Assembly (NCBI GenBank): GCA_017499595.2
Contig: CM038999.1
Span: 1,674,001 to 1,738,000 of the forward strand
Reading direction: 5' to 3'
Length of the DNA: 64,000 nucleotides
Source: Psilocybe cubensis
Taxonomy: Eukaryota
Below, piece by piece: positions 10,196-22,300 of this stretch; the first letter of the stretch is position 1; the number at the start of each line of letters is the position of its first letter. Position numbers and translations under genes: made by a program. Under the pieces are notes generated by a model. It worked only from the letters and a program-made list of their open reading frames with translations. It was not told the DNA's origin and did no database searches.

Positions 10196-12471
10196 ATGGT
10201 TTCTTCTCAGTCTTCCTCCGCATCTTCTCGCTCTGGCTCGCCAGACACCCGTGGAACAACTCCCTCCACCAGCTCTGAGTCTTTGCATTTGAGGGAAACT
10301 TATGCTGCTATCTCGATTTCTCAGTGCACTCCCGGCATTGTGCAACTGGTCTTCGATAAGCATGCGTCTTGCAACCGATTAGGCCTGTTGGTTGGCGAGA
10401 ATCCCTTTTCAAGGGAAGAGTCTTCGTCTGTGCATCACCTCCCTGATGGTTCGACATACGCCATTTCATGCACATATCAGCGCTTCACTTGCGTGCGTTT
10501 TTTCATCCCCAAGTTCGGGTCTTAGATATTAACCACTGAGGACAAACAGCCGAAGCCAGTCGTTAGCACAGATCCCGTGGAAGCTTTTCGTCATACTCTT
10601 TTTTCTTCCATCTCTCTTCGGTCCATTTTTTCTACTCATGTTAGCGACGAGATCACCTTGTACATCCTTGAGAGACCCCCGTTCGTCTACCCACCCCTTA
10701 GACATACGATTGCTAGCAGCCTTGCAGTCTCTGCCGATGGAACCTCGGGCAACATCCCTACTCTCGAAGACTGGAAGACACTATGGGCGAATTGGGATCT
10801 TATCACTCTCGAGATGATCCCTCCCTCTATGCTCCACCAGAAGCCTATTGACTTAAGACATAAATGTCTTTTCTATATAGGTCACATTCCAACGTAATGT
10901 CTCTCTAATGCCGGTTCATTTATCTGAATCCTCATTGTTCATTCAAGATTCTTGGATATGCTCATTTCCAAGTCCATCGGTGGTCAACCCACTGAACCAA
11001 AGTACTTCTGGAACATCTTTGAGGTATTAATCATTGCATTTTTGAGGAAGCTCAATTGACGTCGTTATCTTCGTTAAGAGAGGCATCGACCCTCACGTTG
11101 ACGATCCTGATCATTGTCACGTAGGTGACTGTCCTCCAAATTCGTGGACTTTTGATAACTCACGTCTTTCATGTTTCAGAATCATTCAGAAGTTCCAGAG
11201 AAAGATGAAGATTGGCCTACACTCGAAGCTATCATAGGGTTCCGCAATGGGGTCCGTGCCCGCCTCGAATGCCTTTATGACGATCTCGCCACCGGCAAGC
11301 GTACGCTCACGCGTAACATTGCAAGAACTTTGGTCATGACATACGAGCATGAAGGTTTTCATGTAGAAGTTGGTCTTCTATTCTACAAATGCGCTAACAA
11401 CCCTGCTCACCTGCTATTACCAATCCCAGACACTCTTGTACATGCTTATTCAACGAGCGTGCAGTGGTACCCTCCCTCCGCCAGGTTTTACAGTTCCGCT
11501 TTGGGAAGAGCTTGCAGAGCAATGGGCCTCTTTACCTACACCTAGCACCTCTACCGTCGTGGTGGAACCTGCAAATCTGATCTTGGGTCATAACGACTCT
11601 GAAGGGGACGACAAACTTCCTCATCTATCAGAAAGTACTGTTCAAGGTCACACTTTTGGGTGGGATAACGAGAGCCCTGCTCGCCAGGTGCATGTGGAAG
11701 CTTTCAAAGCTGAGTGGCGCCCAGTGACAAATGGAGAGTTTGAACGCTTTTGGAGAGGACCCGGGAAAAACCTTGTTCAGGTACCCAAAAGTTGGGTTGT
11801 AGATGAACAGGGTGCTGTCCAGGTATGCACTATAAAATGCCAATGATATTTTAACTGATAGTTTCTCCTGCTATCCTCCTAGGTGCTCACCATGTACGGT
11901 CTCGTTACCATGCAAGTTGCAGAACACTGGCCAGTGCTTACCTCGTATGATGACCTTGAGGCATACGCCAAATTTAAAGGTGGCAGACTTCCTACTGAGC
12001 CTGAGTTGAGGCTCTTCCTAGACCTTTACGATGTCGGCCACGAAGGTGGGGCCAATGTAGGCTTCCGAAACTGGCATCCTGTCCCGTATGTAGCTCTTTC
12101 GATATTTGAAGGAAGTTGGTTTATTAAATGTTTTGTTCAGGGCGACCACGGGACTAGCAGAGTATGCCGGTAAAGGCTCAAATGGTGGAATCTGGGAATG
12201 GACTAGCACAGCATTTGACACTCACGATGGACTCGTACCAACACAGCTCTTCACTGGATATTCAACCGATTTCTTCGATGGAAAACATCAGGTTGCGGTG
12301 AGTCTGCTCAGTATTTGCTGGCTGTCGGGTTTCCTAATATTCGCTTTGTAATAGCTTGGTGCTTCGTACGCGACCATCCCTCGATTGGCAGGGCGTCGCA
12401 CCGTCAGAAATTTCTATCAACATAATTATCCGTATCCGTGGATTGGGGCCAGAGTAGTGTATGACCTTTAA
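10196..12471 (+). CDS. Egt1/EgtB-family non-heme iron enzyme (DinB_2 + FGE-sulfatase domains) lacking the histidine methyltransferase domain; predicted ergothioneine-synthase-derived cysteine dioxygenase
   Basis: Spliced KPIDLRHKCLFYIGHIPTFLD, FERGIDPHVDDPDHCHNHSEVP, EHEGFHVETLLYML (His triad), FGWDNESPAR, GGRLPTEPEL, GGIWEWTST, QLFTGYSTDFFDGKH, NFYQHNYPYPWIGARVVYDL*. Confidence 0.88.
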
Positions 12472-12644
12472 AGATTTGATTGCACGTTTTCCTTCTCTTA
12501 AGTTGTATTGTAGTTCCATTGTATTATGTATCTTCACCATCCCCAATTATCATATAGATATCTGTGTTATAGCGCAACGCGAAAGCAATAGATTAATATG
12601 AGAAATAAAGATAATGCTCCTAGAAATTGCAAAGAGTTGCTCGG

Positions 12645-13799
12645 TTATGATTCAAGCAGATAAAACCATATGCCAAAGAGTATGTTGGCGCAAAAACCGA
12701 TAACGATTGCCATCGACATTTGGGTTCTGGAAGTTATATGTCAATTATCGTTAGAACGCTGGCGCAAAGTTTTGCGTGCACATACGAAATAATAGTATTG
12801 GAGGTCGGCTCTTGTTCAGTTCCATCCTCCCAGAATGCCGCAGGTTTCTCTGTACCCCAGAAGAAAAAGGGAAGGAAAGGAAAGAAGAACCCAGTCAGGA
12901 CACCTTGAAGCAATGAAAAGTCACCTAGGCCTAATGGCCCTGATGGGGTGGAGTTTTCCATCCATTGCTCCTCCAAAATACGGGCATGCTCGTCATCTGT
13001 AACATGAAACGACAGAATATGTAAGTCCTCCCTTGCATATAAGTGTAGGTGTTAATGAATGGAACCGACATTCTTCCTGTGTTGCAAAATCGGTGTCCAG
13101 ATAGTTAGAGATTGATTGGTTATGAAATTGCTCTCTTATAGTCGCTATTTCTGCTGCAGAAAACCCAACCGAGGCCAGCCTATCAAATCCACGTACAGGC
13201 TGTATTTGTGAAGTCTGAAAGGGGTTTTTTAGTGATGATCAAGATGAGGATAATACGGTTAAACAAACCTGTACATCCTCCTCTACCCCGCGCTCAATAA
13301 CAGGACCGACGGAGCAGTGTATCCAAGCAGTGGACGCATCCCCCCTCATCGTGTCCGTATCCCCGCCGGCAATAGGTTCTTGATCGTCTTTATTGGTCCG
13401 TTGCTGTCGTTCGTCTAGAGAGGCTAGCCATGCATATACAAAAGTAGAGTCGGGAAGCAGACGACCAGAATGAATTAGCCTCAGTCGGTTCTTCTGGAGG
13501 TCAGGCCGCATTTGTCGAATCTATATAGATGCCAGAGAAGTACTTCAGTGGATGGCTCAGGCCAAAAGGTATAAAGAGGATAATGAAATGAACTTTACAC
13601 GTTGTTTTACATCCAGCACGGAGTCCAATTTGTCTATACGCACAGTAAGGTCTGGTGTGCCCTCTGTGAAGCGTATGACAAGATTCCGTGACTCCGCATC
13701 GGGAAAGCCGTTGGAAGAATCCTGGCATTCTGCGTCGTCTGTTACATGCGGGAGAGGGTCTACTGCTCGCTGCTTTCCCTTGGCTCGGTCGCTAAGCAT
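12645..13799 (-). CDS. DSC3: DSC E3 ubiquitin ligase complex subunit 3 (ubiquitin-like DUF2407 domain + UBA-like + C-terminal TM)
   Basis: RLRLIHSGRLL ubiquitin-like motif, WIHCSVG, GFDRLASVGFSAAEIATIREQF, LEEQWME, hydrophobic C-terminus ending GIWFYLLES*. Confidence 0.82.
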
Positions 13800-14262
13800 A
13801 TTCAGTGGCGGCGTACGAAGAATGGGTAAGTCGTGTGTTCGTCTACACCTTAGTCGGGAGTACAGGTGCTCAGAAATAAGTTGCGCGCTCGTTGATGAGT
13901 TACATAATCTATACCATGGATGGTGCAGCTAGGGTCAAAGTTGATAGTTACTATTACATTATTCATATTCTACGTACATGGTCTCTCAAAGCTTGATGTT
14001 CAGTGATTCTTGTTTCAAGGAGAAATGACGATGCTACAGCTGAGTGAAGCAACCACCAACACTGCCTTCTTGGCATTGGCGGCATCCCGTGACTACATTA
14101 TTCCCCCCCATGGGGACGCGAAAGGTCTTTTCCGTACAGCTAGGACTGCAATTATCTATCGTCAAGTATAAGGCGCTGGTCCGTCGACTTGCACGTATAG
14201 GCCTGGTGCTATCCAACCTCACAACACCGCTCAAATCAGCGATAAGACTTGAAATTCCCGTC

Positions 14263-15571
14263 ATGCTTACTTTGCATCAATTCACGCTTTTCATGTCTTC
14301 TGTGTTTCTCCTTCCACTACTAGTGTCGTCACATCCTGTTCTTGTAAACTATCAATCATCTACGCCATCTCATGAAACCGTTCCTAAGCAAGTCGCAAAT
14401 GCTCAAATAACCCTGGGGGTGTTCTCGAATTCTACCAACCCCGATTTGCACACTCTACAAGCCCTGTACGATGGCAATCAGAAATTTCGGGAGAGTGCCG
14501 ATTTTCAAGCAGATGAAGCAGAGGATGAAAGTACGCCACTCTGCTATTACTTCCCTTAGATAATGTAATTGAGTTCTCCAGGTCCCTCTTTCATGTTTCT
14601 TAGCTGCTCTGACAACAGGTACGCCGGCAACACAACCAGTAACCATATCCTGATCTTACTCTACTTCCTACAAGATGGAGCCCAAACTCTATCTTTAGTA
14701 CACCTGCAGGATCTATCATTACGCATACGAATATTGCTAACCAATATTCACACCGAGACGCAAGTGTGTAAGCATAGCAATTTCCAGCGTTGGAAAGTTG
14801 TGCTTACATCGTGGAGACATTAGAAATTCTGCCATTGCATATGCCGTAGAGTCTGTTCATGTTCAACATATCATTGTTCTTGGACACTACGGGTGCAAAG
14901 GTGTCGAGACAGCTATAACGGAATCGAGCAAAATCAGTCGCCTGGTTAGAAAATGGGTCAGACCTATATCCGCCATGTATGCCATTTCCAGAAGGTCAGC
15001 ATAATCGGTTACCAGTCCTGTCTTATATTCCTTGTATTTAGAAAATAAAAAGGCAGGAGATTGTGATTCTTCGTGACTCTCGAAAGCCTCGAAGGGGTCA
15101 AGACGATGGGATCAAGACAGCACCTCCCGCATCTGACCGTTTGTTTTTTCCCCCCTCATTCATTCAGCCTAATACTGACACAGATGCTGCTAGCTGGCTT
15201 TCGAGCTCTCGTCGAAGAGAATGTCAAACGTGGTGTCAAAGAACTTCGCACCAACACCGCTATAACTCAGGTGAGCCATGATTCGACCGACCCTGATTAA
15301 CACCAAGGAATCTGACCGGCGTGCACTTCCCAAGGCTCATGCAAGGCATATCAAAACCGCAAAAAATGAGGACATAGACGTCTTTGTACATGGGTTTGTC
15401 TATGATGAAAGTACAGGGGAGGTTCATAACCTTAACATTTCTTTTGGACCCCCTGGCAAGACAATCCCCTCTGTTCCATTCAAGGCCCTTGCGACTGCAA
15501 GAAATTTTCACAGAGATCATGATCGTCCTGGTATCTCCAAGGGCAAGACCTGGGATTTTGGTGCCCACTAA
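14263..15571 (+). CDS. Beta-class carbonic anhydrase with hydrophobic N-terminus
   Basis: LYDGNQKFR, spliced FMFLSCSDNR, NIANQ, SAIAYAVESVHVQHIIVLGHYGCKGV (Zn ligands C/H/C), LVEENVKRGV, VFVHGFVYDESTGEV. Confidence 0.88.
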
Positions 15572-15711
15572 AGGAATTTGCTAATGGTTCATCTATAGTA
15601 GTAATACTTAGGAATATACGATGCTAGTAACCTTTTCTGAACCAGACTTGGGGAAAGTATAGCAATAGCAAAAAAGAAGCCACGGCATAAGTAGTATGAG
15701 GTGCAATGAAA

Positions 15712-17418
15712 TCAGTGAGACTGCCATGCCTTTTTCTGTTGCTTTACCCAAACATCTATAGTTTCTTTGGGTAATACTATGTCGTGCGATGCATCTAGAT
15801 GTCTCCTTAAATCATAACCTCGGTTGAAGACGTAGTCGCATTCTCGAAGAATATTCCCGGTTACACGACGATCAGGATTTTCGCCTGTTAGATCATGCAT
15901 GAATGGAAAAGGACAGCGAAGCGCCTTCGATTCTTGTAAGCGAGCCTGTGCGTTTTGTGCGTATTTATGGCCGGTGATGACATCGATATCAAATGCAATT
16001 GGATCGCGGTCCTCCATCTCGGACAATTCCTCATTTGTAGTGTCTCTTGCGTTTTCACGACAGTGATATTTCGCTAGATGTCGTTGGAGTAGGTGTTTAT
16101 AACCAAAACTTGTCTTGCAATCTGGGTATTCACAAATGAAATCCCGTTTTCCTAGATGTTTTACGTTGATGTGGGTTGTCTTGGCTTTTTTCTGGATTTT
16201 AAGTAGTCAATAGAAAAAGAAAATAAAAGATGAAAGCAACAGCGGTTGCTTACAGATTTAAAATCCTTTCCACAGTCAGGATACTCGCATAACCATTCTC
16301 TTCCATGTTCACCACCTCGTCGTTTCTTCCTAGACGACCCTTCACTCTCATCACCGGAGCATACGGGAGCGACCTCCATGTCCACCTCGCGTTGTTCGTG
16401 CAACTTAATATGATTTTTAAGATTGGCTTGGGTGGAGAAGGTGCGTCCATTACACGAGGGGTGTGAGCACGTTGGAGGGTGGTCGGTACGAATATGGGTT
16501 TGTAGTGCAGACCAGGTAGGAAAGTATCTGGGTAACTGATCATCGTTTGCGAGGCATTTTACGTGAACACATGTATAGCGTTTGTCTATAAAATATAAGA
16601 TGTGAGGCAATAGACAGGCGGAATTGAGACCAACCGTCATGCGTTTTCTGATGCGTTAGTAGATGCTGATTGGTATTAAAAGATTTTGTGCAATTCTCAT
16701 GACTACAACGATACGGCTTCGTTCCTGGTGGAGCGTGTTCAGAGCATATGTGAGCTCGTAATAGATGGTGTTTAGGAAATGCCTCAGAGCAGTTCTCCTC
16801 GGTACACTGGTTTAAAAGCTTCAACCACATATCGCACGACAAGCTCGAGGCATGTTTCCCACCTTGTACGGTTTGGCGCCATCATGCCAAGAATGATGAA
16901 CTTGTAGATGTTGAGACGTCCAGAATCTTTTCTCGCAGCCGGGCCTCTCGCATGCCAAAGGGCGTGCGGTGTCTGGTAGATGTGATCGAGCATGTGCGTG
17001 TAGATGGGTTTCTCTCAAATAAGACTTCCCGCACGTAACGCATACAAAAGGCCGCTAAGAAGAATAGCTAAACACTAGGGGTTTGAAATGCTATAGATGT
17101 GCTCACCTGGCCTGTATGAGTACGTTCGTGTTCTTCTAGACGGGAGGGCTTGGTATATGCTTTGTCACATCCTAGGTGCGTACAGCGATAACACTTTTTG
17201 GTGTGCGGCACCAGTTTACCGTTGATAATAATGAAATCGCTAATAGTATCTGAGGCTTGTTTACTAGACGAGTCTGAGTCAAGCCGTTCGGGAAACGGTA
17301 ACGTAGATGTGCTGGGTAATGCAGATGTGCTTGGTGACGGGCTAAGGAGCAAAACGAAGTTTTCATCATTTGTCGTCGCTTTGCGCTTCCCGAGGACTGT
17401 CGTCTGAGTTGCTTTCAT
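15712..17418 (-). CDS. Multi-C2H2 zinc finger protein, probable transcription factor IIIA
   Basis: Array of C2H2 fingers: YRCTHLGCDKAYTKPSRLEEHERTHTG, ETHLHAHARSH, CERPGCEKRFWTSQHLQVH, CTEENCSEAFPKHHLLRAH, TWSALQTHIRTDHPPTC, CDYVFNRGYDLRRHLDASH; typical fungal TFIIIA layout. Confidence 0.78.
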
Positions 17419-18011
17419 GACAAAATAAAGAAGATACCTGGAGTTGCAAAGAACAAGAGAGTGTCTACGTCGAAGGCCAGATGAAACTGTTTGGTGAAGA
17501 ATATTTCAATATATAGCATCTGATTGGACAGAGTTTGCTTGCTCATGCTTGCCAACAGCTTCTGGAGAGTCATCAATCCACTTGCAGCTTTCCCATCCCA
17601 AATTAATTCCCAATCGGTTGATTGCAAACCTTTAAGCTTTGAGCTTCAAGCCTTCGAAAAGTTGGTTCAGTCCTTTTATAACTCTGCATCATCTCTGCAG
17701 ACCTTCTCCGGCCTTTATCAGGCTTTTACGTCTTCCAACAGACCGGTTCGTTGTATTTAAGAGCCTAGCAAATCTCGATTGTGGGCTGGGTGCAACATAC
17801 CTTTGAAGATTGTCTCTGAGCTTTACTTCAGTTTCAACGCCCAAATACTATATATGTACCCGGTCGCGGCTTATTGCAATGGATTTTAGTCCAATTAGAG
17901 TTAATGAAACCAGACGACTTCTAGTCAGCCCCGTACTTAGTCTGCGATTAAATTGACTGTCGAACCTCAATTTCTACGTTTCTCCTGCTTCTCTTTGAAT
18001 TATCTGTTCCG

Positions 18012-19024
18012 ATGGTGTTACGATTTCAGACATTTCGTCGGATAATAACAGGTGCGGCCTCATACCACAGTTGTCAGTGTTCTAGCTAACCCAAATCCGT
18101 GTAGTCACTATCGCCTTGACGGCCGCCATCTCAATATCTTTGGGACTTGCGTTGATAAGCCTTTTTCTGCGTCAAGGAGTTGCCTGGCTGCTTGTCAGCG
18201 TTGAAGGGTTTAGTTTTGTTCGGTCAGTTTGGTCGTGAGTGACTCCTTTCTCTTTTAGCTCTTATTTGTTAAAGGTAATTCTTGAAGAGTAATTCGGAAG
18301 CCCTGGGTTCGATCGCCTCAGTCTGTCGCCTCAGAGGTTATTGGACTCTTTGTACTTTTTCCTTTTCAACTAAGTGAGCAATATCCGGTCGCATAATCCA
18401 GATTCTATGTTGACTGACACTTGACACGAAGTTATCACCCTCGTTGTATCCTCTATAGCACAAAGACACAATTCCCATGCACTTGCGTTCAATATTTTGG
18501 AAGGTTTTGCAATCATGAGTGCCGTAATACGTATGTGGGCCTTCAGTGGAGATAATTCATTGACGAAAAATCGGTTTTAAGATATGGCGTATACGCTTGG
18601 CCTTGTTACTATTGCTGCTCTGACGGTACCAGCATTCGATGGGGACGTATGGCTGCGCGATATTGATTCGTCTCCATCTCCCTTCCCGCTGGCCATAATA
18701 TTTGCCTATACATTCCCCTGGGTCGCCTTTAGAATTCCGTCTATGAGATCCCTTGTTCCACAGTCCTTACCACAGGAGCCGGCACCTTCAGTGTGTCAAA
18801 CAACATGTCCACCTGATTGCCGTCGTCACGGGCACATGCCAGATTCTACGCGTAAAACTGGATCAGTTGGACCCGATGTTACTTCACCGCAAAGGTTACA
18901 CATTCAGAATGGCGCGAGCAAACGCGCTCCCCCTATTTTACCTCACACTCTGATTAGGATACCAAATGCAGCTGAACAAAGGGCTTCCATATACCTCAGT
19001 CTTCCCATTGGATCTTATGAATAA
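18012..19024 (+). CDS. Hypothetical multi-pass membrane protein
   Basis: ATG at 18012 (MVLRFQTFRRII), several short GT-AG-bounded hydrophobic exons, last exon 146 aa ending LSLPIGSYE*. Confidence 0.6.
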
Positions 19025-19100
19025 TAAGGATAATTTATACCAATTTATACCAGCATTATTTTTTTGGCTTCTTAGGTTATGTACAATAACACATTGCTGT

Positions 19101-19176
19101 ACGCGAAAGCCAATTAAAAAGTGCGTGACGTATCAACGCGAAAGGTAACGCCGTGACGAACGCGTTGGAAGCGCGT
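19101..19176 (+). promoter_or_regulatory. Cluster of MCB/SCB-like (CGCG-core) G1/S elements
   Basis: ACGCGAAA 19101-19108 and 19136-19143, ACGCGT 19160-19165, GCGCGT 19171-19176, 140-215 bp upstream of ATG 19315. Confidence 0.55.
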
Positions 19177-19314
19177 TTTGCTTAGTCAGCCCGAACATTG
19201 GATTGTTTGGAAGAACTGGTGACAGGCTCGAGTCGCCCAAACCAACACTTACTCAAACCACCAGGAGTCTGACTCCTCAGTCGCTCTGGATTCTCTCTGC
19301 ATTCTTTAACTACG

Positions 19315-22300
19315 ATGGTCGATAAGAAGGTGTCTCTTCGCGTCCTCTATACCATCAACAGTTCACCCCAGTACATTCTTGCAAGATCCCATGCTCGAGT
19401 TCCCGTAGATTTTATCCCTTGTCTGGAAGAAAACGACGACTCAACATGCCCGGACGCGTCCAAATGTACCCCACTTTATGCCAGCGTATCTCTGAAAATG
19501 TGTCTGGACACCATATGTCGCTCCAGCCCGGAATTGACACAGGATAGCAATCGAGATTTCTCACTTTACGTGCTCGACCCTTTGGAATCCAACTCTGCTC
19601 CAGCGCCTGTTAACATATCTAATTCCAGTTCTGATTCATCATACTCCGTAAACAACAATTCTTCCAACGCAGAACAACCACGAGGCGTGGCCGTGGGACT
19701 GGGTTTCATGTCGTGGGCGTTGACGGCCGACGACGCTGATGCAGCAACAGTTGTGGGCACTTTGGTGAAACAAGCAAATGGTCAACAAGCACTAGAAGTT
19801 ATTTTTGCTCTCCGAGAGGTTAGTACCTCGTAATTTTTTATTGGCCACAGTGATAAATCGGAATGGACACTAGACAATGGCAATGAAGAGGCCTGTGTGG
19901 ACTATGCAACCACAGCCGTCCTCTTCAAGCACACAGGAGAATGCAGCTTCAGTGAATGAATGTCGCAGAGATGTCAAACCGTCGGTTTATCAGGCGAGTA
20001 TTTTTGTACAAATGTTTGTCGCCGTACATTATGAGGGCTGATGATCTGCCTGTCAGCAGTTTACGCATGCAGGAAACCAAATGCAAACTCGTTCATCTGC
20101 TATCGACACTACTCGTGAAACCCTTGCTTCTATTCAAATGCGTACAAAGGCAAAGATTAAACCCCCCAAGCCTATTCGACAGTCTACAATACCTATCACG
20201 GAATCTGACAAATTCCTAAATGCGGGTACATATATTGGGCCATTAAAAAAGAAAGGAAGACCAAAGACCATTGGCTCCGACACCAAACTGAATTCCCTTC
20301 AGAATAGTGCTGTTGCTTCTAGCTCGGGTTCAGGTGCCTCTAGTCACCCTAACGATGTCATTGTCATTGATGGGTCCGACAGCGAGGGAACACCTCCTAC
20401 TCCTACTCAGACTGCTGTTGATTTTTTTCAATCCTCTAAAGGCAAAGGTAGTGCAGTGGATCGTGCATCTCTACCCATTTATACAACAAAACCCCTAGTG
20501 GCAAATACGTTGGGTGCCTCTGAAATCAAACAGTCAGATGTACAAGTGAAACAAGAACCTCAAGAAATACCGAATATTCTCGATGTTCTGGCCTACCTTA
20601 CAGCTACCTCCTCAGAATCTACTGCACAGAACGCAGCGATTTTGGCCGCCTTGAATACCATTGATTCTTCGAACGGCCAAGGAAAGCAACCCGAAGGAAA
20701 TCGTCCCAATCCACAGCTCATATCAGCTCTCAAACAGTTATTTTCCATCTATGCAAGTAGTGCAACACAGAGTCCAAATTCTGAACATTCAAACGCTCAA
20801 ATGACGAAGCCACACCGACCGTCTGGATCACACTTACAGGAAGACACTGTTGTTGTACGTGACAAGGAGAATGTCAACCCTGTAGCGCATCAGAAACGTT
20901 CTGAGGACGGTAAGGCAAAACATTCGGATATATCCCTCGGATCTTCATCTTCACCTGGACCAAGCCGCATGACGATACACAATACTCATCCAGAACGACA
21001 TCCCCACAGCCTTGGTCGAAGCTCGCGTTCTAACGAAAACATGTCGCAGAGGATGCCTGTAGAAAAAATTGGCCGCAAACGAACACTCAGCGATTTTATG
21101 GATGAGAAAGAAAAGGGAAAGAACAAGGGTAAAGAACGAGAACGTGTTGAAAAAAGGGACGGCCGTCGGCATTCCGGCTCACAACATAACACCAAGGTAG
21201 CGCCCGTAGTCGATTCTCTCCGGCATTATCCAAGGGTATTAGCATCTAATCAACCGAGGGCCGAACAACCAGCGAACTACTATAGGGTACCTCTAGAATC
21301 TATGACATCTCCTCCTCGAGGGAGGCCTGAACTTGATCTCACTAAATACGATGCTAATCGTACAGGCGAAGAATCGTCCAAAGTTGCTAAATCGAGGACG
21401 CCCTCTCCACGACCGCCTAGAGTGTCGGCGTCCTCCCCAGTTCGTGGAATACAGAACGAAAACCGAAGAAAATATGTTGTTCCTGAATGGGCAAGGACCA
21501 GTACTTCTACCCAACCAAGATTGTCTGAGGATGCTCAGCGTGCCCTGCAAGAAGCTGAGGAGAAGAAGAAGCTTGAAAGAGCGGCTGCAAGGAAACGACT
21601 TCCATCTGTACAGGCGAAGCTGAAAGCTAAAAATTTCTCAGGAAAAGGACAGGTAAAGGATAGCGAAACAAAGCCATTTGCTCCCCCTCCTGTTCCCGTT
21701 GCTCCTAAAATTGATCTGTCACGAGGTCCAATTATTGCAAGCAGTGACCGACCCGTGTTCCCTACAGCTAGTGTTCAGTTCCCCTTTGTTTCTTCTACAA
21801 GGTCTTCATCGCCTCCGCCGCAATCTAACTTTGCACCCAAGACACCAAAGACGCCCATCAGAGAACGGAGAAACATCACCACTACACCGGCACGCGAGGA
21901 CGAGTCTTTGTTCACGCCAATGGGTAGCGGTAGTCTCTTTGGAAGTGCTCGATCCCTCCGTACACCTCTGGCTCCTTCAATATTAACCTCTCCCCTCGGC
22001 AACCGCAAAAAGGCAAAAATTTCTCCAATGAGGTCGACGCTTACAGGGAAAGGATTTAAACCGATCTCTTTGACCATTGCCAACAGTTCTTCAGATTTGA
22101 AAGACACGGAGATCGATAAATCTTCGAAGAAAATGAACCGTGAACTAGAGGATGCATTGGATGACCTTGAATGTCCTCCAAGTTCTTTACCGATCGCTAG
22201 TAGTGATCCCGACGTTGATAGCTCTTACCAATCTGTTCCAGTGGAAAATCTCGACCTCGAAGTTCCAGATGGTGAAGTGCATGTTCCTGTCAAGCAGCAC

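Noticed and set aside
10196-12471. Canonical bifunctional ergothioneine synthase Egt1
   Set aside because: No SAM-dependent methyltransferase domain, and Phe at the predicted catalytic Tyr
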